Assembly: GCA_964057225.1 (NCBI GenBank)
Contig: OZ059897.1
Coordinates: 11,594,001 to 11,658,000 of the forward strand
Source: Auanema rhodensis
Taxonomy: Eukaryota; Animalia; Nematoda
Direction of reading: 5' to 3'
DNA: 64,000 nt
Positions 1-12,729 of this stretch are shown here, piece after piece. A model generated the notes under the pieces. It ran no database searches. It saw only the letters and a program-made list of their open reading frames with translations, and was not told the DNA's origin. A program made the position numbers and the translations under genes. Numbering within the stretch: position 1 is the first letter of the stretch; the number at the start of each line of letters is the position of its first letter.

Positions 1-753
1 AATATATAAATATATTTTCATTTTATAATTTATATAAATATAAATAAAAATAAAAAATATAGAATATTATATTATAAATCGATATACATTCATTGTTTTT
101 GGTCTTATGCTTAAAGACGTTTTACCCATATCTTTCAGGTGTACCATTCAATTCATAGATTGAGAAGGATTTAGGTTATTTTGAGTACAGGATGAACACG
201 TATGGATGAAATTCCACTTGAGAATTACTTACAAATCCACATACTTTTCATATAATCAAAAAAGGATTATAGATGTGAATGGTAAAAACAAGTTAATCTT
301 ATAGGTTTATTTAATTCTTATATATCTACTTGAACTAATCTCATGTTCTTGAGAAGATTTTGAAGATGATCAAGTGAATACTTCATTTTGTCTTAATTCT
401 CATGAACTTTTCAACACTAAAACTAAGATAAATGATTTTAAGTGAATTACATATGATATGATTGACGTTAGATTAAACTAATAAGAAAAAACAACAATAG
501 AATTCTCACACAACTTATATTATCTACAAATTCTCTTACAAATTCATAATTTGTATTACGCATTGATATCTGTCATAAAATATGACGTAACTACAACACG
601 AGAATTGAAGGAATTGTTGCGCAATTCCATTTTTTCTTTTCAGAATTCATCGATATATAGTCTGTTGTTGTACTGTACTTTGAAATTGAGTTTTACCTAT
701 TATAATATTTTATACTAAAAATGGTTACTTCACATATTATTGAATGTTTCGAA

Positions 754-3231
754 AAAAAACGAGAATAAAATAGGAACAGATGTCGGAAGACTTGAAAACT
801 CAGCTAATTCTCTTTAATGATTCTCAAGATGCAGCTTAATTGACGGTTTCATCACTCAGTAGAAGCCGTTTTGCCTTTTTTTGCGCGATTCAGTCCATAA
901 GAAGATCTTCAGTGACCTTATAAGGAGTGCCGGCTGGATTATATACAATAGCAGTTCTGACTTTTGAAGAAATGAAAGCCGCCCATGTCTTTCAGGAAGA
1001 GCTGGCATTCATTAGAATTGAGATTAAGTTAAGTATGTGTATAAATATATATATAACCGCTTTTTTACTTAATAAGAAAAAAAAAGAGTTTAAACGTTTC
1101 ACGTGAACTACTATTGGCACAATATTGGATGTGAGTGAAATTAAGGGCATTTAAGGCTTTAAGATAATTTTTCCATTACATTTCCTCAAAATATGGGGTT
1201 TGAGGGATTTTTTTCATATTCTCTTGTATAGGTTAAAATAGAGACCGTTAATTATGGCTCAAGACACATAATTGTCGATTATTTCCGGATGATTGCGTAA
1301 CAAAGTGGGCAATTCGCAAGGTACTGTCGAACCATTCATCTTCGTTTATTCTTCAACGTTTTTGTAAAGCAAAAGAAGTTTTTGTTGTCAAATTTAGATA
1401 ATATTCATTTATATGACAAAGAAAACAAGGAGATTTAGTATAATTAAAGTAAAAAGCCCAATTATATTGAAACAACACTAAACTAATAGATGTTCGGGCG
1501 AAGGAGTTTTATCAGCTAATTAAGAATTCCATATTAATGCCATCGACGGTCATATTTGGTTTATTTGGTTAGCAATATATCCTAATAGTATTATGAGTAA
1601 AGATAATGCTTTACAGTTATGGGCAATCAATATTCTATATGTCATTTAATGCTTGACATCAAATTGCTAAGGCAGGAGCCAAGAGAATTGATGCAAACAG
1701 TATTCAGAGTACTTTATGGGTGTTTCATATATGCAAACGGTAAATGATATTCTGGAAATTAAATAAAATTTAAATTTGTCTTGCCTGCTCTTCTTTCAAC
1801 AGTGGCTTTGACTGAGTGATTCATCAAATGCCAAATAAGCCACGGATGATCGAGCCCAAATCGATTACAATTCATGAAGGAATGAGTAGGTCAACGAACG
1901 ATCATTCACAGACAAGCGCTTGTCTCTATAAGAGCTACAACCATCACGATTCTCCAAGAGCAGAGAAAGTCACTAGTGCAGGTTGTCACATATGTGGGAT
2001 ATTCCATGTGAAAGAAATCATAGAATTCAGAAGCGGGTTTATGAAGAATATATAAGATATGCCTCATTTGCTCTTTCAGTTTTATGTGTAGATGCCATTT
2101 AAATTTAATAATATCTTCAAATACTCACTTATCTAGTTATATCATAGTGGATTAATTATATTTAGATTCTCACCGTTAACAAACCGTTCTGTATACAGTG
2201 TCAAGATATAAATCTGCTGATCAAATATGAAGATGAGTGGAATCAGTAACTATAATTGCATAATGACAGTTATATAACAGTAACTCCATGACGTGTTGAA
2301 ATGTCAATATAGTGGTTACTGTAAATGCGATGAAGACTGGAAGCTGCCAGTAGTAGTGAATAACAAAGTTTACTAATACTGACCTATGTTCCGGTTGCAG
2401 TATACTTAGGACAAGCTCAGTAGATATAATCGGGCGATTTGAGGTAAAGATGAGCCGTCATTCCTTAGAGGAATATGCTCTGATGCCATCTAATTGTCAC
2501 TGTGGGTGGTAGGCGGCATTACAGTCAAAAGTCATTGAAAGAAGAAGCGCCACGTACGTGTGATGGCGTCATTTACTTCTACTGGAGTTGAAGCCTTCCA
2601 AAGTGGCAACAGATGTACGTAAATACTTGCTTCATAGTTGGATCTGTGTTGAGGTCGACGTATGTGCAAAGCACCTCAAGTGCTATTCCTGTGCCAACAG
2701 CTTGATATGGTATATGGTGACAACCAGCCATCAATGGTCAGAATGGTTAAAATTTTAAGCAATTTTCTCACATTAGTTACAACTTGAACGTTTTGACAAG
2801 GTGATGAGATAGCTAGAATCACTTGTTGATGTACTACATATGGACATCAAGTGTTAATTAGTATTATATACATATAGTTTATATAGTTAATGACATTAAT
2901 TGAATGAAATGTCCAAAGTGTTACCATCTGCCAAATCAAAAAGTTGCGGCAAAAAAGGAAAAATGACTACCATGAAGTGAATTTCATGTTAAGCCACATT
3001 CGAAGAAAACAATGACCTTGTCCTCTGACCAACTAATTAACATTCATTTTTCGGCATTTCTCTTTATTCATAATAGATGTAGTGTCAGATTTACAATTTT
3101 ATTTAATTATATTCATCTTGATGTTATAATATCTTGGAAAAACAAATGAAAAATAGAAGAATTGATTGAACATCAGTGATTTACAACATTCACTCTACTA
3201 TCCTTTATTACATTTCAATCCGACATCCTTT
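754..3231. repeat. Inverted repeat 1, left arm (2478 bp)
   Basis: Position x pairs with 7190-x. ORF 1816..2055(+) is mirrored exactly by 5135..5374(-). Both boundaries were checked by eye; the spacer is 3232-3958. Confidence 0.95.
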
Positions 3232-3277
3232 TATGATTGTATTATCTACTTCCACCTTGTCTGATCTAAAAAGTTCG

Positions 3278-3695
3278 TTGATTTTGATGTTCGTCGGCAA
3301 GATGAGAGACGTTTACCGAAAAGGAACAGATGAAAATGCAATCTACCGTAACCTATATATGTATTCGCGCATCATTAAGAATTTGAGTTAAAAAAAAGTT
3401 GAAGCATAGTAAAGATAAAAAGTAAAATATAGTTAAAAGAAGAAAATAAGAAAAGTGGTTAGTGGATATTATGAAACAAGCGGTAAATTGAAAGATAAAG
3501 TTGTCGTAACGAATATGTTTGATTAACATAGTAAGTATAGTAAGAATGGTAGAAATCAAGTAGTTATACCTAATAAGTTGGTTAAACATGTATTTTAACT
3601 ATGTAAATATAGTTGTTAAAGGAAGCCGACGATTAAGTATAAACAAAACTGCGAATTATACCAAAATGTGGATGTAATTATCAAAATAGCGTTTC
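3278..3695. repeat. 418-bp block present three times (3278-3695 = 6633-7050; inverted at 11908-12325); hlh-14 upstream sequence
   Basis: Identical ORF translations at 3353(-), 6708(-) and 12014(+); offset 3355; ends checked by eye. Confidence 0.93.
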
Positions 3696-3958
3696 AACTT
3701 TCATGTACTCAGGATGAGACATACGACTGAAGATAATATTGGATAGTTCAATCAAGAATGTAACACCTGCAGGTTGTCGATTTAGTTTTATAAAATAGGA
3801 TGAGGTGTCTGGCAGTTTAAGCCGTTTTGAACCAGCAGGAGATCAGATGTGACAAGTCTATTCATCAATTCTGTCTAACGATTTTCTGAAGCATTTTTTG
3901 AATTTGGAAATAGTGTTTTAACATATAAAACGATCAAATAAGTTAATTATATACATAT

Positions 3959-6436
3959 AAAGGATGTCGGATTGAAATGTAATAAAGGATAGTAGAGTGA
4001 ATGTTGTAAATCACTGATGTTCAATCAATTCTTCTATTTTTCATTTGTTTTTCCAAGATATTATAACATCAAGATGAATATAATTAAATAAAATTGTAAA
4101 TCTGACACTACATCTATTATGAATAAAGAGAAATGCCGAAAAATGAATGTTAATTAGTTGGTCAGAGGACAAGGTCATTGTTTTCTTCGAATGTGGCTTA
4201 ACATGAAATTCACTTCATGGTAGTCATTTTTCCTTTTTTGCCGCAACTTTTTGATTTGGCAGATGGTAACACTTTGGACATTTCATTCAATTAATGTCAT
4301 TAACTATATAAACTATATGTATATAATACTAATTAACACTTGATGTCCATATGTAGTACATCAACAAGTGATTCTAGCTATCTCATCACCTTGTCAAAAC
4401 GTTCAAGTTGTAACTAATGTGAGAAAATTGCTTAAAATTTTAACCATTCTGACCATTGATGGCTGGTTGTCACCATATACCATATCAAGCTGTTGGCACA
4501 GGAATAGCACTTGAGGTGCTTTGCACATACGTCGACCTCAACACAGATCCAACTATGAAGCAAGTATTTACGTACATCTGTTGCCACTTTGGAAGGCTTC
4601 AACTCCAGTAGAAGTAAATGACGCCATCACACGTACGTGGCGCTTCTTCTTTCAATGACTTTTGACTGTAATGCCGCCTACCACCCACAGTGACAATTAG
4701 ATGGCATCAGAGCATATTCCTCTAAGGAATGACGGCTCATCTTTACCTCAAATCGCCCGATTATATCTACTGAGCTTGTCCTAAGTATACTGCAACCGGA
4801 ACATAGGTCAGTATTAGTAAACTTTGTTATTCACTACTACTGGCAGCTTCCAGTCTTCATCGCATTTACAGTAACCACTATATTGACATTTCAACACGTC
4901 ATGGAGTTACTGTTATATAACTGTCATTATGCAATTATAGTTACTGATTCCACTCATCTTCATATTTGATCAGCAGATTTATATCTTGACACTGTATACA
5001 GAACGGTTTGTTAACGGTGAGAATCTAAATATAATTAATCCACTATGATATAACTAGATAAGTGAGTATTTGAAGATATTATTAAATTTAAATGGCATCT
5101 ACACATAAAACTGAAAGAGCAAATGAGGCATATCTTATATATTCTTCATAAACCCGCTTCTGAATTCTATGATTTCTTTCACATGGAATATCCCACATAT
5201 GTGACAACCTGCACTAGTGACTTTCTCTGCTCTTGGAGAATCGTGATGGTTGTAGCTCTTATAGAGACAAGCGCTTGTCTGTGAATGATCGTTCGTTGAC
5301 CTACTCATTCCTTCATGAATTGTAATCGATTTGGGCTCGATCATCCGTGGCTTATTTGGCATTTGATGAATCACTCAGTCAAAGCCACTGTTGAAAGAAG
5401 AGCAGGCAAGACAAATTTAAATTTTATTTAATTTCCAGAATATCATTTACCGTTTGCATATATGAAACACCCATAAAGTACTCTGAATACTGTTTGCATC
5501 AATTCTCTTGGCTCCTGCCTTAGCAATTTGATGTCAAGCATTAAATGACATATAGAATATTGATTGCCCATAACTGTAAAGCATTATCTTTACTCATAAT
5601 ACTATTAGGATATATTGCTAACCAAATAAACCAAATATGACCGTCGATGGCATTAATATGGAATTCTTAATTAGCTGATAAAACTCCTTCGCCCGAACAT
5701 CTATTAGTTTAGTGTTGTTTCAATATAATTGGGCTTTTTACTTTAATTATACTAAATCTCCTTGTTTTCTTTGTCATATAAATGAATATTATCTAAATTT
5801 GACAACAAAAACTTCTTTTGCTTTACAAAAACGTTGAAGAATAAACGAAGATGAATGGTTCGACAGTACCTTGCGAATTGCCCACTTTGTTACGCAATCA
5901 TCCGGAAATAATCGACAATTATGTGTCTTGAGCCATAATTAACGGTCTCTATTTTAACCTATACAAGAGAATATGAAAAAAATCCCTCAAACCCCATATT
6001 TTGAGGAAATGTAATGGAAAAATTATCTTAAAGCCTTAAATGCCCTTAATTTCACTCACATCCAATATTGTGCCAATAGTAGTTCACGTGAAACGTTTAA
6101 ACTCTTTTTTTTTCTTATTAAGTAAAAAAGCGGTTATATATATATTTATACACATACTTAACTTAATCTCAATTCTAATGAATGCCAGCTCTTCCTGAAA
6201 GACATGGGCGGCTTTCATTTCTTCAAAAGTCAGAACTGCTATTGTATATAATCCAGCCGGCACTCCTTATAAGGTCACTGAAGATCTTCTTATGGACTGA
6301 ATCGCGCAAAAAAAGGCAAAACGGCTTCTACTGAGTGATGAAACCGTCAATTAAGCTGCATCTTGAGAATCATTAAAGAGAATTAGCTGAGTTTTCAAGT
6401 CTTCCGACATCTGTTCCTATTTTATTCTCGTTTTTT
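3959..6436. repeat. Inverted repeat 1, right arm (2478 bp)
   Basis: Reverse complement of 754-3231; no mismatch seen in the stretches compared. Confidence 0.95.
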
Positions 6437-6559
6437 ATAGATCTCAAACTATTTTTTAAATCTCTTTGTGTTACAATTTCAGTATAATTAATGCTCCATG
6501 GGGTAGTTTTCACTTTTTTTAATTAAAAATATCTCATAAACTTGAAAAACGAATTAAAG

Positions 6560-8248
6560 CAAGGTTAAAATAGAAATAAAATGAAACTATATAAGAAATA
6601 AGTAAAATAAATAAAGTGCGGTAAACGAATTTTTGATTTTGATGTTCGTCGGCAAGATGAGAGACGTTTACCGAAAAGGAACAGATGAAAATGCAATCTA
6701 CCGTAACCTATATATGTATTCGCGCATCATTAAGAATTTGAGTTAAAAAAAAGTTGAAGCATAGTAAAGATAAAAAGTAAAATATAGTTAAAAGAAGAAA
6801 ATAAGAAAAGTGGTTAGTGGATATTATGAAACAAGCGGTAAATTGAAAGATAAAGTTGTCGTAACGAATATGTTTGATTAACATAGTAAGTATAGTAAGA
6901 ATGGTAGAAATCAAGTAGTTATACCTAATAAGTTGGTTAAACATGTATTTTAACTATGTAAATATAGTTGTTAAAGGAAGCCGACGATTAAGTATAAACA
7001 AAACTGCGAATTATACCAAAATGTGGATGTAATTATCAAAATAGCGTTTCTTTTAATAATAAGTTGATTGAAAGAGATAAAGTAATCTTAACCATGCTCA
7101 GTTATTAATCTTATAGTTATCTTCATATAAAAACATCTGCTTCTTATATCATATCGTCTTGATCATCCATATAAACGATACATATGCTTTTCTTATCTGA
7201 TGAATAGTTTAAATCTATCTTACCTTACACTCTTGTTTCAAGATATGTTTGAGCAATAGTGAAAGGATTAACAAGCTTTTAAGCTTCAAATGTCCTTGAA
7301 CATCCTTATAATTCACATTTTTTCTAACCAGCTTCGTTTCAGAAACAACTTATGGAACCATCTGCTTTGCTCTCTTTTAGTCACATGTAATACCGTAACC
7401 TTAAGTTTACTATTCTTTAATTAATTGAATTATAACATTTGAATTTTCATATATTTTGATATAATATCCATCTGACTCGAATATTTAGTTTACTCAAGTT
7501 TTACAAAAAACTTGGTTTCCGCCCCTATTTGACCTTTCTCCATGCCCGACCCTCCGCCCATCACTTGCAGGATAGTACCGCCTATATGGTCTGTCAGTTG
7601 TATGTTCTAGTCTTGCGAACGTCACTCCAACATTTCATTTTTCACCTTCTTGTAATCATTCTGATGTTACTAATCATCTTATTTTTCAGAATTAATATTT
7701 CCTATATCATGTCTCCTAAGTGTAAACCAACTAAGAATGCTCAACTTCGTAGAAATGAGAGGGAACGCAAACGAGTTCATCAGGTAGACTTGTTTGACTA
7801 TCGTCCTAACCTACTTATCTCATCTAATATAGGTAAACGATGGATTTGATCGTCTTCGTTGTCGAGTTCCTAAGGCTGTAACTAACAAGAAACTTAGCAA
7901 AGCTGATACATTACGTGAAGCTGTCAAATATATTCAATATCTTCAAACTATGTTAACGAATGATTATACATCATCTTCAAATGGTATTTTTCGATTTTTC
8001 CCAATTCTCTTTTTAATTTTTTAATTTTCAGCATTCAATAGCTTGTGTCAATCTCCACGTATTTCTCCAGAACATGTTGATGATGTTTCATCTTCTGAAC
8101 ACTATTACTCTGAATCGAATGAATTATTTTTCCCTTCATCAAATTTATCGAATTTATCCAAAATATCTCCAATGTCATTCAATTATCCTTTGAACTATTC
8201 ATGTTCTTCCGTTGCATCTACCTTATCAGCATCAACATCGTCCCTTGA
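6560..8248. repeat. Inverted repeat 2, left arm (1689 bp): promoter plus 5' part of bHLH gene copy 1
   Basis: Position x pairs with 18958-x (ORFs 7529+/11109-, 6708-/12014+). One mismatch seen (A6798 vs C12160). Confidence 0.95.
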
Positions 8249-8438
8249 TAATGCTTCATCCGTAGCAACTGTTTCTGTTACTTCCTCACCGGAAAGCTAT
8301 TCTCCAAACCAATCAGGAAACAATTCAATAACAACACAATCATTGCCAGTATTTTACCAATACCAAAGTAAGTTTTTACAATCATTCGAACATTTTAATT
8401 AATCATTATCATTTTCAGTGCTCCCATCTGGAATGTGA
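7709..8438 (+). CDS. hlh-14: Achaete-scute family proneural bHLH transcription factor, copy 1
   Basis: Exons 7709-7783, 7833-7983, 8032-8367, 8419-8438 (all GT-AG). Spliced protein [63 protein letters not shown]... [13 protein letters not shown] and [14 protein letters not shown] match what I recall of C. elegans HLH-14. A TTTTCAG acceptor lies 20 nt before the ATG. Confidence 0.85.
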
Positions 8439-9125
8439 AATTGTTAACACAGATAGAATGATCTTTTATTCTTTTTTTTGGATTTTATTGTCATATTTCT
8501 ATTATATTTAAATATTTACGGGTTTCATATTTATATAATCAAATAAACATTTTTCTAATTTAACTGTTTTATTTGTTGTCTTCAAAATAATTTCTATGAC
8601 CTTAGATGCATAAATCTGGCATTAAATATATGAAAAAGCAATTAACAATATTTTATACAAGACCGTTTTTTGTTAAGGTGCTTTCAACTGGGTAATTACC
8701 TGCTTTATCCTGGATTCGTGTTTGTTCTCTCATTTTCTGTTCCTTTTCTCTCATTTGTTCATTTACTCATTAATACTCATTATGGTTCAGCCATTTCTCT
8801 CTCCCTCTCACTGCTTATTCGACCTCTCATGCTCTCTTTCTCATCATTACAGTCTTTTGGCTGTCTGACTGGAATTGTACATACATTCTTGATGCTCTTG
8901 TAGTCGTCCCAGAAGCCCAGCTGTTCCTTGCCAAAGATATTAACGCTATTAAATTTCTATTTGCCTAGCATTTCTTCATGCCACCATATTTGATTAGTTA
9001 ACGACGCTCAATACTACATTTTAAGAAGTCAAGCACATGATAAAATTTCCGCAAACAAGGTATGCTCTGCTAATTAACACTGTCCTAATTTTTTCTATCC
9101 ATTTATATAGAAAAACATTCAAAGG

Positions 9126-10172
9126 ACGACTGAAGATAATATTGGATAGTTCAATCAAGAATGTAACACCTGCAGGTTGTCGATTTAGTTTTATAAAATA
9201 GGATGAGGTGTCTGGCAGTTTAAGCCGTTTTGAACCAGCAGGAGATCAGATGTGACAAGTCTATTCATCAATTCTGTCTAACGATTTTCTGAAGCATTTT
9301 TTGAATTTGGAAATAGTGTTTTAACATATAAAACGATCAAATAAGTTAATTATATACATATAAAGGATGTCGGATTGAAATGTAATAAAGGATAGTAGAG
9401 TGAATGTTGTAAATCACTGATGTTCAATCAATTCTTCTATTTTTCATTTGTTTTTCCAAGATATTATAACATCAAGATGAATATAATTAAATAAAATTGT
9501 AAATCTGACACTACATCTATTATGAATAAAGAGAAATGCCGAAAAATGAATGTTAATTAGTTGGTCAGAGGACAAGGTCATTGTTTTCTTCGAATGTGGC
9601 TTAACATGAAATTCACTTCATGGTAGCCATTTTTCCTTTTTTGCCGCAACTTTTTGATTTGGCAGATGGTAACACTTTGGACATTTCATTCAATTAATGT
9701 CATTAACTATATAAACTATATGTATATAATACTAATTAACACTTGATGTCCATATGTAGTACATCAACAAGTGATTCTAGCTATCTCATCACCTTGTCAA
9801 AACGTTCAAGTTGTAACTAATGTGAGAAAATTGCTTAAAATTTTAACCATTCTGACCATTGATGGCTGGTTGTCACCATATACCATATCAAGCTGTTGGC
9901 ACAGGAATAGCACTTGAGGTGCTTTGCACATACGTCGACCTCAACACAGATCCAACTATGAAGCAAGTATTTACGTACATCTGTTGCCACTTTGGAAGGC
10001 TTCAACTCCAGTAGAAGTAAATGACGCCATCACACGTACGTGGCGCTTCTTCTTTCAATGACTTTTGACTGTAATGCCGCCTACCACCCACAGTGACAAT
10101 TAGATGGCATCAGAGCATATTCCTCTAAGGAATGACGGCTCATCTTTACCTCAAATCGCCCGATTATATCTA
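9126..10172. repeat. 1047-bp direct copy of 3723-4769, lying between the two bHLH genes
   Basis: Offset 5403. Starts acgactgaagataatatt and ends cgattatatcta. One substitution seen (T4224 vs C9627). Confidence 0.93.
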
Positions 10173-10606
10173 TTAATACTGTTGTATTACTTTGTATTAT
10201 TGGATATTAACAGAATATTTTTGTAGTTAAACAGTCAATCATATATGTACATGTATATATAATGTGTATATTAACAATATGTATGTCCATTCAAAATATA
10301 TTTAATTTCCTTACGCATTTTTAATACCATAAATCAAATTGCATGAGAATTTCCAACTGCAATCGAAGGAATAATTAAAGAATATTTAATTTTTCTTGTC
10401 ACGAAAACTGAAAACGACACATAGGTTTTTCATTGTATTGTTACATGAATGAACAATATTATAGTAAATATTTTATATTTTTCAAAAAAAAAATTACAAT
10501 ATTAACAATAAAACTTGTAATATGAAAAATAGAAAAATGAGATCACACCGTAATAAGTAATGTAATAAATTATCGTATTCTCTATGTGACATTATGAATA
10601 ATGACT

Positions 10607-11249
10607 TCAAAATATTTTTGAATGGTATAAATATTGGTTTGCATCGTTCGAAACAAATTGTGTGTTGGGGTGGACAGGTGCACATGATGTAGTTGTTAAT
10701 GAGGTATTCTCAAGGGACGATGTTGATGCTGATAAGGTAGATGCAACGGAAGAACATGAATAGTTCAAAGGATAATTGAATGACATTGGAGATATTTTGG
10801 ATAAATTCGATAAATTTGATGAAGGGAAAAATAATTCATTCGATTCAGAGTAATAGTGTTCAGAAGATGAAACATCATCAACATGTTCTGGAGAAATACG
10901 TGGAGATTGACACAAGCTATTGAATGCTGAAAATTAAAAAATTAAAAAGAGAATTGGGAAAAATCGAAAAATACCATTTGAAGATGATGTATAATCATTC
11001 GTTAACATAGTTTGAAGATATTGAATATATTTGACAGCTTCACGTAATGTATCAGCTTTGCTAAGTTTCTTGTTAGTTACAGCCTTAGGAACTCGACAAC
11101 GAAGACGATCAAATCCATCGTTTACCTATATTAGATGAGATAAGTAGGTTAGGACGATAGTCAAACAAGTCTACCTGATGAACTCGTTTGCGTTCCCTCT
11201 CATTTCTACGAAGTTGAGCATTCTTAGTTGGTTTACACTTAGGAGACAT
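10607..11249 (-). CDS. hlh-14: Achaete-scute family bHLH, copy 2 (same N-terminus and bHLH, different C-terminal tail)
   Basis: Exons 11249-11175, 11125-10975, 10926-10607. Identical to copy 1 up to ...STSSL, then ENTSLTTTSCAPVHPNTQFVSNDANQYLYHSKIF*. Confidence 0.8.
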
Positions 11250-12398
11250 GATATAGGAAATATTAATTCTGAAAAATAAGATGATTAGTAACATCAGAAT
11301 GATTACAAGAAGGTGAAAAATGAAATGTTGGAGTGACGTTCGCAAGACTAGAACATACAACTGACAGACCATATAGGCGGTACTATCCTGCAAGTGATGG
11401 GCGGAGGGTCGGGCATGGAGAAAGGTCAAATAGGGGCGGAAACCAAGTTTTTTGTAAAACTTGAGTAAACTAAATATTCGAGTCAGATGGATATTATATC
11501 AAAATATATGAAAATTCAAATGTTATAATTCAATTAATTAAAGAATAGTAAACTTAAGGTTACGGTATTACATGTGACTAAAAGAGAGCAAAGCAGATGG
11601 TTCCATAAGTTGTTTCTGAAACGAAGCTGGTTAGAAAAAATGTGAATTATAAGGATGTTCAAGGACATTTGAAGCTTAAAAGCTTGTTAATCCTTTCACT
11701 ATTGCTCAAACATATCTTGAAACAAGAGTGTAAGGTAAGATAGATTTAAACTATTCATCAGATAAGAAAAGCATATGTATCGTTTATATGGATGATCAAG
11801 ACGATATGATATAAGAAGCAGATGTTTTTATATGAAGATAACTATAAGATTAATAACTGAGCATGGTTAAGATTACTTTATCTCTTTCAATCAACTTATT
11901 ATTAAAAGAAACGCTATTTTGATAATTACATCCACATTTTGGTATAATTCGCAGTTTTGTTTATACTTAATCGTCGGCTTCCTTTAACAACTATATTTAC
12001 ATAGTTAAAATACATGTTTAACCAACTTATTAGGTATAACTACTTGATTTCTACCATTCTTACTATACTTACTATGTTAATCAAACATATTCGTTACGAC
12101 AACTTTATCTTTCAATTTACCGCTTGTTTCATAATATCCACTAACCACTTTTCTTATTTCCTTCTTTTAACTATATTTTACTTTTTATCTTTACTATGCT
12201 TCAACTTTTTTTTAACTCAAATTCTTAATGATGCGCGAATACATATATAGGTTACGGTAGATTGCATTTTCATCTGTTCCTTTTCGGTAAACGTCTCTCA
12301 TCTTGCCGACGAACATCAAAATCAAAAATTCGTTTACCGCACTTTATTTATTTTACTTATTTCTTATATAGTTTCATTTTATTTCTATTTTAACCTTG
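10710..12398. repeat. Inverted repeat 2, right arm (1689 bp): promoter plus 5' part of bHLH gene copy 2
   Basis: Reverse complement of 6560-8248. Confidence 0.95.
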
Positions 12399-12454
12399 AG
12401 AAAAATTGGAACAAATTAATTGAAAGTAACAAATGTTTCCAGTGCCTTACGTTG

Positions 12455-12579
12455 AACACCTGTTAAATGTCAATCGTTTTATAAAAGAATAATGATGAAG
12501 ATGTGGTGTTATGGGATGAGGTGTCTGCCAGTTCGATTCGTTTAAATCAGCAGGAGATCAGATGTGACAAGTCTATTCA
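12455..12579. promoter_or_regulatory. Conserved non-coding module with E-boxes (CACCTG, CAGATG); diverged copy of 3762-3864 and 9165-9267
   Basis: Shares AACACCTG, a 14-nt block GGATGAGGTGTCTG and a 32-nt identical block CAGCAGGAGATCAGATGTGACAAGTCTATTCA with the other copies, while the sequence between blocks has diverged. The enhancer role is inference. Confidence 0.55.
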
Positions 12580-12729
12580 ATTGACCAAATTCTATATACC
12601 TTCTTTCTATATCTTTCTATGTATATATACACATTTTATAAACCAATTTTGATGGTATTTCTTGCGCAACACTACATACATTCAATAATACATGAAAAAA
12701 TATAATATAACAGGATTTCTTAGCTTTTT

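Noticed and set aside
3353-3589. 78-aa hydrophobic ORF present three times
   Set aside because: It is an AT-rich chance ORF replicated by the duplications, with no splice or family support.
754-6436. IR1 as an autonomous foldback or DNA transposon
   Set aside because: No transposase ORF, internal subrepeats or target-site duplication was seen, and the spacer is host regulatory DNA.
8681-8700. Minus-strand GGTAATTACCCAGTTGAAAG resembles a spliced-leader exon
   Set aside because: It is not followed by a GT donor, no Sm site or SL RNA stems are evident, and only about 10 nt match SL1 exactly.
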